This document shows, piece by piece, positions 45,295-58,480 of a DNA stretch of 64,000 bases. Origin of the DNA: Eledone cirrhosa. Taxonomy: Eukaryota. Each line of letters starts with the position of its first letter. Position 1 is the first letter of the stretch. Where the stretch lies: assembly GCA_964016885.1 (NCBI GenBank), contig OZ024745.1, positions 19,096,001-19,160,000 of the forward strand, written 5' to 3'. The translations under genes and the position numbers were made by a program. A model generated the notes under the pieces. The model was not told where the DNA came from. It ran no database searches and worked only from the letters and a program-made list of their open reading frames with translations.

Positions 45295-45843
45295 TTAAAA
45301 AATAATGAATAAACCAATGAAACAGTTCCTTATATTAAACAAAAAAAGTTCATTATTTAACGATCGTTTCTGGGATATATATGTGTTAGAATTGGCATGT
45401 ATATTTAACAGATCTATGTACAAAATTATACAAAATTATACAAACTATCAAAATTAAATATACATACCAACTCATATATATGCCGTCTTCAGAAATAATT
45501 ATTATTTCTGAAGACGGCATATATATGAGTTGGTATGTATATTTAAATTTGATAGTTTGTATAATTTTGTATAATTTTGTACATAGATCTGTTAAATATA
45601 CATGCCAATTCTAACACATATATCCCAGAAACGATCGTTAAATAATGAACTTTTTTTGTTTAATATAAGGAACTGTTTCATTGTTTTATTCATTATTTTT
45701 TTAATATTTTATCTTGACTCTGTATTCCGTTTATCTTTCACCGAAAGTGATTTTTCATTGCATCTCTTCTTTCCATGATATCCGGATTACATTGAGTTCT
45801 TCATACGGATTGGACACTACCGTAAACTCTTGGTAGATTTATC

Positions 45844-45846
<3 letters not shown>
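45286..45846. mobile_element. ~427-bp near-perfect palindrome (45286-45712, centre 45500) with a unique 3' extension; pLTR-like
   Basis: AGAAATAAT-T-ATTATTTCT centre; the arms differ by a few substitutions and one TA indel; contains a hammerhead motif. Confidence 0.82.
45501..45646 (+). ncRNA. Type-I hammerhead ribozyme 3 with a long helix II
   Basis: AUUAUUU-CUGAAGA(45508)-113-nt self-complementary insert (GAGUUGGUAUGUAUAUUUAA / UUAAAUAUACAUGCCAAUUC)-GAAA(45628)-palindromic CGAUCG-UU|AAAUAAU; helix I is a perfect 7 bp. Confidence 0.75.
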
Positions 45847-45880
<34 letters not shown>

Positions 45881-45988
45881 GTATATATATATATACGTAT
45901 ATATATATATACGTATATATACGTATATATATATATATATATATACGTATATATATATATACGTATATATATATATACGTATATATAC

Positions 45989-46046
<58 letters not shown>

Positions 46047-46098
46047 GTATATATATATATACGTATATATATATATATACGTATATATATATATATAC

Positions 46099-46156
<58 letters not shown>

Positions 46157-46204
46157 GTATATATATATATATACGTATATATATATATATACGTATATAT
46201 ATAT

Positions 46205-46663
46205 ATAAACGGAAAAAATGAAACGAAATTTCATTTCCCAGTCTTAGTACGGCTGTTACTTAAATATAAGTATGTACACGTATATACATATATGTATACA
46301 GACGTACAGTAGTATGTATATATATATACATACATGCACACATATATATATGTACGTATGGATTCATCGAACATTTATTATAATGATCGGTGTGTTTGTA
46401 AACTAACATCCCGTATTAAGCCATAGTGTCCAGCAACCATCGTTTCTCGTTTGTTCAACACTGACAAAGGAACGCTCTACTAGTTTCAAGCTTATTAGCT
46501 ATCGTCAGCAACGTATACCTTCCTGCCAGATTGTTGAACGTATATACTTACCTTATGCATATTAACGGCTGAGAAGTCCAATTTGCATATCGAGTGGGTT
46601 AATCGGCCGGGTGCACCGAAAACTTCGTTTTATTTTTTCCGTTTATCGTTTTCGGTTCACCCT
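46205..46663. mobile_element. MITE-like DNA element with terminal inverted repeats (possibly hAT-type)
   Basis: Left ATAAACGGAAAAAATGAAACGAA is inverted relative to right TTCGTTTTATTTTTTCCGTTTATCGTTTTCGGTTCACCCT; the left terminus is lost in (TA)n. Confidence 0.6.
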
Positions 46664-46782
46664 TTATTTCATTTTGCTCCAGATCATTTAGCTGGAAAAC
46701 ATTAGGTGTGACAACACTAATGCTCAGCCACATTAGCTTTTGCTTTTCCCTTGGGTAACATTAACCAATTGTTTCATTTTAG

Positions 46783-46909
46783 ATAATGGCAAAAGACAAT
46801 GGTTTACCTTCATTAAATCGTACCACACAGGTTGATATTTGTATCGATGATGTCAATGATTTAATTCCTTATTTCATTCCATTTACTGTGCAAGTATACG
46901 TCAACGAAA
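46783..46909 (+). CDS. Cadherin exon D (IMAKDNGLPSLNRTTQVDICIDDVNDLIPYF...VNE)
   Basis: ttttAG at 46781-46782; GTAAGT at 46910; AxDxG and DxND motifs; phase 0 to 1. Confidence 0.93.
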
Positions 46910-46978
46910 GTAAGTCCAATTCTTTTTGCTTCATTCTGATTTTATTCCAAATATTTTTTTTATTTTCTCTCTTATTTG

Positions 46979-47205
46979 AAGGCAGTGTGTTGGCAAAGGC
47001 ATAAGGCCATTAAATTAAATACCTCGGTATTAATTCTGGCTCTTTATACTCTAAATCCTGCAAATCCTGTCCAGGCCAAATTTGCCTATTGTTCTTTTTA
47101 GATTAATAAATAATGCTATGGTGAATTGGCAGAATTATTAAAGCATCTGACAGGTTGCCTTGTGATATCTGTTCTGGCTTTGTGCATTCTAAGTTCAAAA
47201 TCCAT
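46979..47205 (+). mobile_element. Two degraded tRNA-derived SINE fragments
   Basis: GGCAGTG..TGGCA.A heads and TCTAAGTTCAAA B-box-like motif resemble the SINE at 54012. Confidence 0.5.
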
Positions 47206-47290
47206 TTCCTATCGCTGGAGAAGGGATGATGCTTGTTCCAGCAGAGAGTATCAGCAATGGAAAGACAAATCTAGTTTCTCTGGTCTCCTT

Positions 47291-48884
47291 GTACAACTAC
47301 AGAAGTACCTAGCTAAAAGTAGACCCCTATACTTAGTTTTTTGTTAACTTGGAGAAAGCATTTGACAGAGTCCCCCACACCATAATCTTGTGGGCCTTTA
47401 GAAAACTAGGAGTTGATGAATGGCTTGTGAATATAGTGAAGAATTTAGCGTAAAAGTTGGTGTTCATCAGGGCTCTGTGCTTAACCCCCTCCTATTATTG
47501 CCCTTCAGGCTATAACAGAGAAGTTCAAGACCGGCTGCCCATGGGAAGTTCTCTATGCAGATGATCTAACGCTCATAGCTGAATCGATGGCTGAACTAAA
47601 GAAGAAATTCCAAACATGGAAGCATGGCCTAGAATCAAAAGGCCTTAAAGTTAACTTGTCTAAGACTAAAGTTCTTGTATGTAGGAAGGAAAATAGGACA
47701 CTGGTCCCCTATGGGAAATGGCCATGCTCAGTGTGTAGGAAAGGAGTAGGCAGAAATTCCATTTTATGTCCCAAATTCAAAGTACAGGTGAATAAAAGAT
47801 GTAGTGGGATCACAAGTAAGCTATCTAAGAACGTAGATTTTATATGTGGCCAGTGCTCAGGTGCAATAACTAGCAAGTGCCCACAGGATACTAGCTCCTT
47901 CTATTGCCCAGATGGCTCTATAGAAATAGTGGACACCTTCCGTTACCTGGGTGACAAAACCAGCAGTGGTGGAGGGTGCTCTGAAAGTACAGTAGCCGGA
48001 GTCAGAAAGGGATGGAAAAAATTTCAGAGAGCTTATACCACTATTGGCCGCTAAAGATTTCTCTAAAAATGAAAGGCAGACTGTATGATGCCTGCATACG
48101 AACAGCTATGTTACATGGCAGTGAGACATGGCATTGTGTGCAGAGGATCTGCGCAGACTGGAGAGGAATGAAGCATGCATGCTCCGCTGGATGTGTAATA
48201 GTAATATACGTGAACAGCAAAGCATAAATGAACTAAGTGAGAAATTAGGTATAAGAGGGATCAGATGCTGTTTACTCGAGAGAAGACTACATTGGTATGG
48301 TCATGTGATGCACATGAAAGACGACAGTTGTATAAAAAAGTGCAGTGTGATCAAAAATGACAGAAGTTACGGAGTAGGCAGACTCAGAAAAACCTGGGAC
48401 AATTTGATAAATTCCGACCTTACACACTTACACCTCTTCAAGACAATGTCACTGGACCGAAATCTTTGGCACTACGCAGTAATACAGAAAACCCGCCTTG
48501 CCTAAGTACAAAGTGAAACCTACAGTCAGTAGGCACCTCCATCCCACTACCCCAACTCCCCCACTCCCATCAACACCACCCCTTTCTCTGTTAAGTTATG
48601 TTGGTACCACAACATCCAGTCTTAAATAAATGACGTCCTGTAGGTGTCACGACAAAAAAAAACACACAGTCCACGCTGTAATGTGGTCGTGTAGGTAATA
48701 CAGTAAAAACCTCCCAGTCCACACTGTAAATGTGGTTGGTGTTAGGAAGGGCATCCAGCCGTAGAAAATCTGCCAGACAGTCCTCTATACGAGCGAGATG
48801 ACCAATCTTGCCTCAAGTGGGAAAATTCCCATCTAAACCCATGCTAGTGTGGAAGATAGATGTTAAACAATGATGATGATGATG
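47291..48884 (+). mobile_element. 5'-truncated, mutated RTE LINE, same subfamily as 32029-35400
   Basis: LQKYLAKS, LEKAFDRV, GVHQGS, YADD, RYLGD, RRLHWYGHV; (GAT)n tail. Confidence 0.92.
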
Positions 48885-49039
48885 TTCTGCTCTGAAAAAA
48901 TTGGCTTCTTTCTTTTCTTATTAATGATTTAATCGGCAGAGTAAGGGAAGTGTATATCATATTTGATAACATAAAAAAAAGAACTGCAATGTCTTCTATG
49001 AGAAAGTAAAACATAGTATAGAAACAGCATATCTTAAGG

Positions 49040-49265
49040 GACAGTCCACTTCATGCTGTTCGCCATCTGGATGGAGAAGACATTGCCCTGGAGGACAGCA
49101 AGAGAGATGCACTGAAACAGTTACTCCACCACATGGGGCTCACAATTGTGGGTAGTCAGCTCCCCTCCAATAGCAGTGAGCATGGATGTGGTCCAGGGGC
49201 CAAGAATGCCAGAAGTCTCCACTGCTGCAAGCTCAAACCCAAACCTATCGGAGAGCAGTCAATGT
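49040..49265 (-). mobile_element. Degraded 3' end of a CRE-like RLE non-LTR retrotransposon
   Basis: Minus translation FGFELAAVETSGILGPW...AIGGEL...*LFQCISLAVLQGNVFSI matches the AVET.G..G / FQRLS.A..RGNA C-terminal pattern; contains an internal stop. Confidence 0.65.
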
Positions 49266-49862
49266 TGTTGTAAATAATAGTTATTTTGAACCAATATTTT
49301 TTTTCTTTATTCTGTCCATTTGTTCGGGATTAAAAGTGTTCATAATTTGAGCCCATTTAAAACAGACGCAAACATAATTTCTGAAGATAATGTTTCTAAT
49401 TTACATATTACCATTTGTAGATGTGCTTTCTAAAATATAGCTGGACAGGCGGTATAATGGTATGACAGGCAGTAGTTACCATTATAAGTAGTGCTAGAAC
49501 TACCTATAAGTTAAAGTTTAGGACCACGCACCATTAAGTAGGGGGGAGGGCTCATCTTTCAAGTATATTTTTTTTATCGTTAATTTTATTCTTTAACAGT
49601 AAATCATAAAAATTTACATATATATATATATATATATATCCATATGTGGTTGATGGCTGAGAGAAAAGAGTACTCAATACTGAAGTAGAGTTTTAATATT
49701 TATTTTATTAAGGCTTGTTATTCTGGAGTTTTGTCATGAGATACCCTGTGATAAACAAGACTCAGAGTAACAAGACTGACTATTTAGCCTTTAATTGATG
49801 GCCATGTACCTAAATTCCAAACACTTAATATACACCTGCCCCCTCCCCCCCTCTCATTACAG

Positions 49863-50005
49863 CTGTTCCTGTCAACAAAGAGATTATTCAACTAACTGCT
49901 TCTGATATTGACACAACAGCAAAATTAAAGTTTTCCTTTGCAGAACCATCAAATGCCATTAACCCTAATGGTTTAAATGTTGATAAAAACAAATATAATT
50001 ACACT
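49863..50005 (+). CDS. Cadherin exon E (TVPVNKEIIQLTASDIDTTAKLKFSF...YNYT)
   Basis: tacAG at 49861-49862; GTGAGT at 50006; AxDxD motif; phase 1 to 0. Confidence 0.9.
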
Positions 50006-50029
50006 GTGAGTGACTTTGTATATTCACCA

Positions 50030-50690
50030 TGTCTAGCACCTCCACCTCCATCTCTTCCTCATCTTCCTCCATCTCCTCCATCTCCTGCTCCTCTCCTTCT
50101 CCCTCCTCTTCCTCCATTTCCTGCACCTCTTCCTCCATCTCTTGCACCTCCCCCTCTTCCCCCTCTTCCTCCATCTCCTGCACCTCTCCCTGTTCCCCCT
50201 CTTCCTCCGATTCCTGCACCTTTCCCTCTTCCCCCTCTTCCTCCATCTCCTGCACCTCTCCCTCTTCCCCCTCTTCCTCCATCTCATGCACCTCTCCATC
50301 TCCCCTCCCCTTCCTCCATCTCCTCCACCTCTCCCTCTTCCCTCCCATTCCTCCATCTCCTGCACCTCTCCCTCTTCCCTCCCCTTCCTCCATCTCCTCT
50401 TCCTCCATCTCTTCCTCCCCTCCTTCCTTCATCTCTACCTCCCCTTCCTCCATCTCTTCCTTTTCCTCCTCCCCTTCCTCCATCTCTTCCTTCTCCTCCT
50501 CCCCTTCTTCCTGCCCTTTTTCCTCACCATCTTCCTCCCCATCTTCCTCCGCCTCCTCTTCCTCCCCTTCTTCCTCCGCCTCGTCTTCCTCCACCTCCTC
50601 TTCCTCCGCCTCCTCTGCCTCCTCTTCCTCCGCCTCTTCCTCTTCCTCCTCTTCCTCTATCTTCTCTTCCTCCATCTCTTCCTCTTTCCA
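50030..50690. repeat. C/T-rich low-complexity (CCT/TCC) tract
   Basis: Read directly; includes ~36-bp sub-repeats. Confidence 0.93.
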
Positions 50691-50754
50691 CCACATAGCC
50701 ATACCACCATCACCACCACTACTGTAGCTACCATCTACTACCATCATCACCTCC

Positions 50755-53700
50755 ATTGTAGCTACCATCCTCTACCATCACATACCCATACCATCAACAC
50801 ATACCCCTACAGTAGCTACCATCAACCACTACCATCACATACCCATACCATCAACACATACCCCTACAGTGGCTACCATTAACCATTACCATCACATACC
50901 CATACCATCACCACATATCCCTACAGTAGCTACCATTAACCACTACCATCACATACCAATACCATCACCACATACCACTACAGTATCTACCATCAACCAC
51001 TACCATCACATACCCACACCATCACTACATACCACTACAGTAGCTACCATCAACCACTACCATCACATGCCCATACCATCACATGCCCATACCATCACCA
51101 CATACCCCTACAGTAGCTACCATCAACCACTACCATCACATACCCACACCATCACCACATACCACTACAGTAGCTACTATCAACCACTACTATCACATAT
51201 CCATACCATCACCACATACCCCTACAGTAGCTACCATTAACCACAACCATCACATACCCATACCCTCACCACATACCCCTACAGTAGCTACCATCAACCA
51301 CTACCATCACATACCCATACCATCACCACATACCCCTACAGTAGCTTCCATCAACCACAACCATCATATACCCATACCATCACCACATACCCCTAGGGTT
51401 GCTACCATCAACCACTACCATCACATACCCATACCATCACCACATACCACTACAGTATCTACCATCAACCACTACCATCACATACCCATACCATCACCAC
51501 ATACCCCTACAGTAGCTACCATCAACCACTACCATCACATATCCATACCCTCACCACATACCCCTACAGTAGCTACCATCAACCACTACCATCACATATC
51601 CATACCATCACCACATACCCCTACAGTAGCTACCATCAACCACTACCATCACCACATACCCAACACCTACCACAACCACTACCATCAAACCATACCATCA
51701 ACCATCAACCACAACCAATAATCTACCATCACCACTACACATCACATAACCACTACCATCACTACATACCAACCCCACAACTGCTACCATCAACCACTAC
51801 CATCACATATCCATACCATCACCACATACCACTACAGTATCTACCATCAACCACTACCATCACATATCCATACCATCACCACATACCACTACAGTATCTA
51901 CCATCAACCACTACCATCACATATCCATACCATCACCACATACCACTACAGTATCTACCATCAACCACTACCATCACATATCCATACCATCACCACATAT
52001 CCCTACAGTAGCTACCATCAACCACTACCATCACATATCCATACCATCACCACATACCACTACAGTATCTACCATCAACCACTACCATCACATATCCATA
52101 CCATCACCACATACCACTACAGTAGCTACCATCAACCACTACCATCACATATCCATACCATCACCACATACCACTACAGTAGCTACTATCAACCACTACC
52201 ATCACATATCCATACCATCACCACATACCACTACAGTAGCTACCATCAACCACTACCATCACATATCCATACCATCACCACATACCACTACAGTATCTAC
52301 CATCAACCACTACCATCACATATCCATACCATCACCACATACCACTACAGTATCTACCATCAACCACTACCATCACATATCCATACCATCACCACATACC
52401 ACTACAGTATCTACCATCAACCACTACCATCACATATCCATACCATCACCACATACCACTACAGTATCTACCATCAACCACTACCATCACATATCCATAC
52501 CATCACCACATATCCCTACAGTAGCTACCATCAACCACTACCATCACATATCCATACCATCACCACATACCACTACAGTATCTACCATCAACCACTACCA
52601 TCACATATCCATACCATCACCACATACCACTACAGTATCTACCATCAACCACTACCATCACATATCCATACCATCACCACATACCACTACAGTAGCTACC
52701 ATCAACCACTACCATCACATATCCATACCATCACCACATACCACTACAGTATCTACCATCAACCACTACCATCACATATCCATACCATCACCACATACCA
52801 CTACAGTATCTACCATCAACCACTACCATCACATATCCATACCATCACCACATACCACTACAGTAGCTACCATTAACCACTACCATCACATATCCATACC
52901 ATCACCACATACCACTACAGTAGCTACCATCAACCACTACCATCACATATCCATACCATCACCACATACCACTACAGTAGCTACCATCAACCACTACCAT
53001 CACATATCCATACCATCACCACATATCCCTACAGTAGCTACCATTAACCACTACCATCACATATCCATACCATCACCACATACCACTACAGTAGCTACCA
53101 TCAACCACTACCATCACATATCCATACCATCACCACATACCACTACAGTATCTACCATCAACCACTACCATCACATATCCATACCATCACCACATACCAC
53201 TACAGTAACTACCATCAACCACTACCATCACATATCCATACCATCACCACATATCCCTACAGTAGCTACCATTAACCACTACCATCACATATCCATACCA
53301 TCACCACATACCACTACAGTAGCTACCATCAACCACTACCATCACATATCCATACCATCACCACATACCACTACAGTAGCTACCATCAACCACTACCATC
53401 ACATATCCATACCATCACCACATATCCCTACAGTAGCTACCATCAACCACTACCATCACATATCCATACCATCACCACATACCACTACAGTAGCTACCAT
53501 CAACCACTACCATCACATATCCATACCATCACCACATACCACTACAGTATCTACCATCAACCACTACCATCACATATCCATACCATCACCACATACCCCT
53601 ACAGTAGCTACCATCAACCACTACCATCACATATCCATACCATCATCACATACCACTACAGTAGCTACCATTAACCACTACCATCACATATCCATACCAT

Positions 53701-53998
53701 CACCACATACCACTACAGTAGCTACCATCAACCACTACCATCACATACCCATACCATCACCATATACCCCTACAGTAGCTACCATCAACCACTATCAACA
53801 CATACCCATACCATCACCATATACCCCTACAGTAGCTACCATCAACCACTACCATCACCACATACCCCTACAGTAGCTACCATCAACCACTATCAACACA
53901 TACCCATACCATCACCATATACCCCTACAGTAGCTACCATCAACCACTACCATCACATACCCATACCATCACCACATACCCCTACAATAGCTACCATC
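50755..53998. repeat. 57-bp minisatellite (ACAGTAGCTACCATCAACCACTACCATCACATATCCATACCATCACCACATACCACT)
   Basis: Tandem array with a homogeneous core at ~51800-53750, a degenerate break at ~51650-51790 and more variable flanks. Confidence 0.95.
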
Positions 53999-54009
53999 TT
54001 AACTCAAAT

Positions 54010-54402
54010 GGGGGCAGTGAATTGGCAGTATCGGTAGAGGGTCGGACGCCATGCTTTCCAGCATAGTTATGTCCCTTTATGATCTGAGTTCAAATCCCGC
54101 CGAGGTTAACTTTGCCTTTCATCCTTACGGGGTTGATAAAATAAAGTACCAGTAATGCACTGGGATAATTGCTGGCCTTGTGCCAAAAAAGTAGAAACAA
54201 TTATTAGGTATTGATAACATAATTTGTGGCATATAGTTATGTCCCTTTGCATTCTGAGTTCCACTCCTGCTGAGCTCAGCTTTGCCTTTCAATAAAATAA
54301 AGTCATGCACTTGGGTTGCACCAGTCATGCACTTGGGTTGATTTAATCAACTTTTCCCTCCCCAAAAATTACTGGCCTTGTGCCTGAATCAGAAACCATT
54401 AT
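54010..54402 (+). mobile_element. tRNA-derived octopus-type SINE (Nin-like central domain) plus an adjacent partial second copy
   Basis: GGCAGTGAATTGGCAG head, GAGTTCAAATCCC B-box, TTTGCCTTTCATCCTTACGGGGTTGATAAAATAAAGTACCAG core; partial repeat at ~54225-54402. Confidence 0.75.
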
Positions 54403-54459
54403 TGTATATGAAACAACTATTTTCCCATTTTTTATTTTTTGTTTATTCTTTGATTTCAG

Positions 54460-54589
54460 AGTTTTTTCAGGATGGACCCAGATAATGGTAAAATCTTTGT
54501 TGCTAAGAGTCTAGACAGAGATAAGGTGAGCATCATTACTCACACAATAAAGGTAGTTGATACAGCTGCTGTGGACCAGACAGGGACAG
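54460..54589 (+). CDS. Cadherin exon F (SFFRMDPDNGKIFVAKSLDRDK...DQTGT)
   Basis: tttcAG at 54458-54459 after a long pyrimidine tract; GTGAGT at 54590; F-x-x-D-x-x-x-G and LDRD motifs; phase 0 to 1. Confidence 0.9.
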
Positions 54590-54645
54590 GTGAGTAGAAA
54601 GACTCATGTCTGTATGTATACACACATACATGTATATATGTATAC

Positions 54646-55255
54646 ATGGTGGCTGCCAACTCGTTTTCATGTATGGCCACTACTTTATATCCATGTAGGA
54701 GAACCCCTACCGATGCGCTGAACGAGTGTGACTTTTTAGTCCAGCCAGCGACTTGAAAATTCTGGTACAAACACTACACTTGTGACAATTATTGACACAT
54801 AGTGCTGGGCCCATGGTACCATGTGACGACAAGTGCAGAGAGATCTCCAGATATAAAGCAATGCCTGTGCCGTGAAGCTTTTATAGTGAACAAAGGCACT
54901 GCACAAAGCCAGTCCCACTCTCTTAACCAAGTTGATATTTACCAAAAAGAAGAACAAGTCAACATCATTGGATACCATCAGGGTTGCAGGTGTTATATCA
55001 GAGTTTTCCTTTTCCTAGAATTCTGCCTTGACAAAGGCTAAGGAGTCATCTCTCCCGGTGATTTTGGATGGCCATTGACTCTTAAGAGCTCCTTTGCCCT
55101 TTGACAGGTTTTGTTTTTAGTCCTGCAGGATGTCCAAAGTCACCATCCTCACCAAGAAACCTTGGTGGGGTTGCCAGTTTAGTCACCAACGACCCGACCA
55201 TGAGACAGGTTGTACTGGCATACATGTTACCAGTAGCACCAACTGGTGACCTGAC
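54646..55255 (-). mobile_element. ~610-bp non-coding interspersed repeat, copy 3 (longest)
   Basis: Reverse complement of copies 1 and 2, extending further 5'. Confidence 0.85.
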
Positions 55256-55282
55256 ATATACATACATTTACATACATATATA

Positions 55283-56297
55283 TATATGTGGCCGGTGCTT
55301 AGGTGCAATAAGTAGCAGCAAATACCCACAGAATACTAGCTCATTCCATTGCACAGATGGTTCTATAGAAATAGTGGACACCTTCCGTTACCTGGGTGAC
55401 AAAATCAGCAGTGGTGGAGGGTGCTCTGAAAGTACAGTAGCTAGAGTCAGAACGGGATGGAAAAAGTTCAGAGAGCTTATACCACTATTGGCTGCTAAAG
55501 GGTTCTCTCTAAAAATGAAAGGCAGGCTGTATGATGCCTGCATACGAACAGCAATGTTACATGGCAGTGAGACTTGGGCATTGTGTGCAGAGAATATACG
55601 CAGACTGGAGAGGAATGAAGCATTCATGCGCCGCTGGATGTGTAATAGTAATATACGTGAACGGCAAAGCATAAATGAACTAAGGGAGAAATTAGGAATA
55701 AGAGGGATCAGATGTTGTTTACTTGAGAGAAGACTACATTGGTACGGTCACATGATGCGCATGAAAGACGATAGCTGTATAAGTAGGCAGACCCAGAAAA
55801 ACCTGGGACGACTTGATAAATTTCGACCTCACACACTTACACCTCTCCAAGACAATGTCACTGGACCGAGATCTTTGGCGCTACACAGTAATACAGAAGA
55901 CCCGCCTTGTCTAAGTACAAAGTGAAACCTACAGTAAGTAGCACCTCTTAACAAAAATACACCCCCGTCCCACTATCCCCACCCCCATCCACACGACCCC
56001 TTCGATGTAAAGTTATGTTGGTACCACAACATCCAGTCCGAAATAAATGAGATCGTGTAGGTGTCATGACAAAAAAAACACACAGTCCACGCTGTAATGT
56101 GGCCGTGTTGGTAACAGGGTAAAAACCTCCCAGTCCACACTGTAAACGTGGTTGGTGTTAGGAATGGCATCCAGCTGTAGAAAACCTGCCAGACAGTCCT
56201 ATACGAGCAAGACAACCAATCTTGCCTCCAGTGGGAAAATTCCCGTCCAAACCCATGCAAGCGTGGAAGATGGACGTTAAACGATGATGATGATGAT
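55283..56297 (+). mobile_element. 5'-truncated RTE LINE with (GAT)n tail
   Basis: VDTFRYLGD...WKKFREL...MLHGSETW...RRLHWYGH; internal deletion near 55782. Confidence 0.92.
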
Positions 56298-56380
56298 ATG
56301 TATACATACATACATACATACATGTGTATGTATGTATGTGTATGCATATATATATATATGTATGTAAATGTATGTATACA

Positions 56381-57775
56381 TGAAAATGGCACTCTCCAAG
56401 ATAATGCTAAAACCCTGGGTGAGATACTTCAGAAACAATACTGCTCTGTTTTCAGCAATCCTGATATGGTTGATCTGGGCTGTATCAGTGATGTTAATCC
56501 CCAACACACTATATCGGACATAATGTTTGGTGCTCCTAATGTCATAGTGGCAATAAAAGAAACTAAACACAACTCAGCCATAGGCCCCGATAGGTTCCCT
56601 GCTTGTGTCTTGAAGGTGTGACGACACCAACTTACATCTCCTCTTGCTGATCTATGGAGGAACTCACTGAATGCTGGATATATACCAGAAACTTATCCCA
56701 GTCTGTTGACCCAGTTTCAAAAAAGGAAACAAATCCCTTGCTGTGAATTACCGTCCGATCTCACTTGCCTCTCACATCATCAAGGTATTTGAGAGGGTTA
56801 TGAGATCACGAATAACTCATTTTCTTGAAAGCAACAATCTGCTGAACTCCAACCAGCAAGGGTTCCGTAATGGAATGGGTTGGCTAATGCAGCTACTGCA
56901 TCACTTTGATGACATTTTGAGAGCTTCGGGAGAGGCCTCCAACACTGATGTCATCTACCTTGATTTCAGCAAGGTTGATCAAAAGATTCTATTGAAAAAA
57001 CTATCCAACATTGGTTTCAATGGAAAGTTGCTGCAGTGGATCAAGTGTTTCCTGTCAAACAGAGCCCAACATGTTGTAGTCGAAGAAGTAAAATCTAGCC
57101 CAGCCAAAGTCAGTAGCGGTGTCCCACAAGGCACTGTGTTGGACCCACTTCTTTTCATTAGCTATATTAATGACATTACTGACATTATCAAGCACAGCAG
57201 CATAAGAATCTTTGCTGATGATTCCAAGCTCCAGAAGGTCATCAATAGCGTGGGTGATCGGATATACCTTCAGTCAGATCTACTGGCTGTTATCCAATGG
57301 GCAGAAAAGAACAATATGCTGCTGAATGAGAATAAATTTGAGGTAATCAACTTTGGAAAAGAGGATGCCCTGAAACTCCTATACTCCCTTCCTTATGGTA
57401 TCCAGCAATATCAGAGACATGGGAGTAATTGTGGACAACAACATAAGCTGGGCCACTCATATAAACAGCAAAAGTTGACATAGCCCACAGAATGTGTTCT
57501 TGGATTCTCAGAACCTTTCAGTCGAGAGATATCCACACTGTTATCCTTCTCTTTTCCAGTTTTGCTCGACCCACCCTTGAATACTGTTGTCCACTGTAGT
57601 CTCCCCACACAAAACAAAGTATCATGAAAGTTGAAGCACCTCAAATGTCAATCATGAAAAAGATAGATGGCATGTCAGGCCTTGACTAATGGGGTCAACT
57701 AGAAAATCTCAAACTTCATTCTTTCCAATGTCGCTGTGAGCGCTACATCATCTGCATGATGTGGAAAATATACCA
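56381..57775 (+). mobile_element. Degraded CR1-group LINE RT fragment, same family as 26305-27691
   Basis: GPD, NYRPISL, YLDFSK, SGVPQG, FADD; stops and deletions. Confidence 0.9.
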
Positions 57776-58480
57776 GGAGCTTGGAGAAAAACCAAAAATT
57801 CTACATATGCAATTTACTCCAAGCCATATCTTTTCAGTTAATTAACTCTACATAGGAACTTTACTCCAAGCTGTATCTCTTCAGGAAATAATTTGTTTAA
57901 CATCAAAAAGCAAAACAAGAATTACATAGCATTCATGGTATGTCAGTAGAAAAGCAGGAGCATGTGCTTTTGAACATAGTGGAGGTGGAAAATAAAAGTT
58001 TGTGTTATTCATACAAATGTTAAAACACATTGTAGCTGTCAACTGGTTATATTGTTTTCATGTAATAATATTTCAATGCTTATTTTAATCTTTATGTCAT
58101 AAATATCCATAAGATATACTAATGTTTGTAGTATAATATATATATATATAGATTCTCAAATTATAACTGAATGATTATTGTAATAAAAAATTTTTTTAGA
58201 TATATACATCACAGACAGTATGTATAGATATTACTATATCGTAAATATCCGAAAGATGTAATGATGTTTATAAAATTATTCATACTTTAGATTCTCAAAC
58301 TACAAATGAATTAGTATTGTAATAAAAGAAATCCTAGAAAGTATGTATAGATATTTAGATATCATTTCTGAATCGGGACTTAAAAGAAACATTCTAAAAT
58401 ACGATCTGTACATTACGACCATTTAAAATATTTCAAATTGGAAATATTTCAAATACTCGTAATGTACACAGCAGTAGCTA

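Noticed and set aside
49372-49440. CTGAAGA motif as a hammerhead
   Set aside because: No closing helix II followed by GAAA, and no inverted-repeat context.
49965-51721. Glu-rich, Pro-rich, Ser-rich and His/Pro/Thr ORFs
   Set aside because: Low-complexity and minisatellite translations in several frames, overlapping a cadherin donor site.
54471-54589. Alternative acceptor TTTTCAG at 54469-54470 for exon F
   Set aside because: It is out of phase with exon E and would delete the conserved Phe; the AG at 54458-54459 keeps the frame.
55140-55255. HDV-like or twister ribozyme at the 5' end of the 610-bp element
   Set aside because: Stems exist, but I could not assemble the nested P1/P1.1/P2/P3/P4 topology or the twister core; kept only as an unassigned structure.
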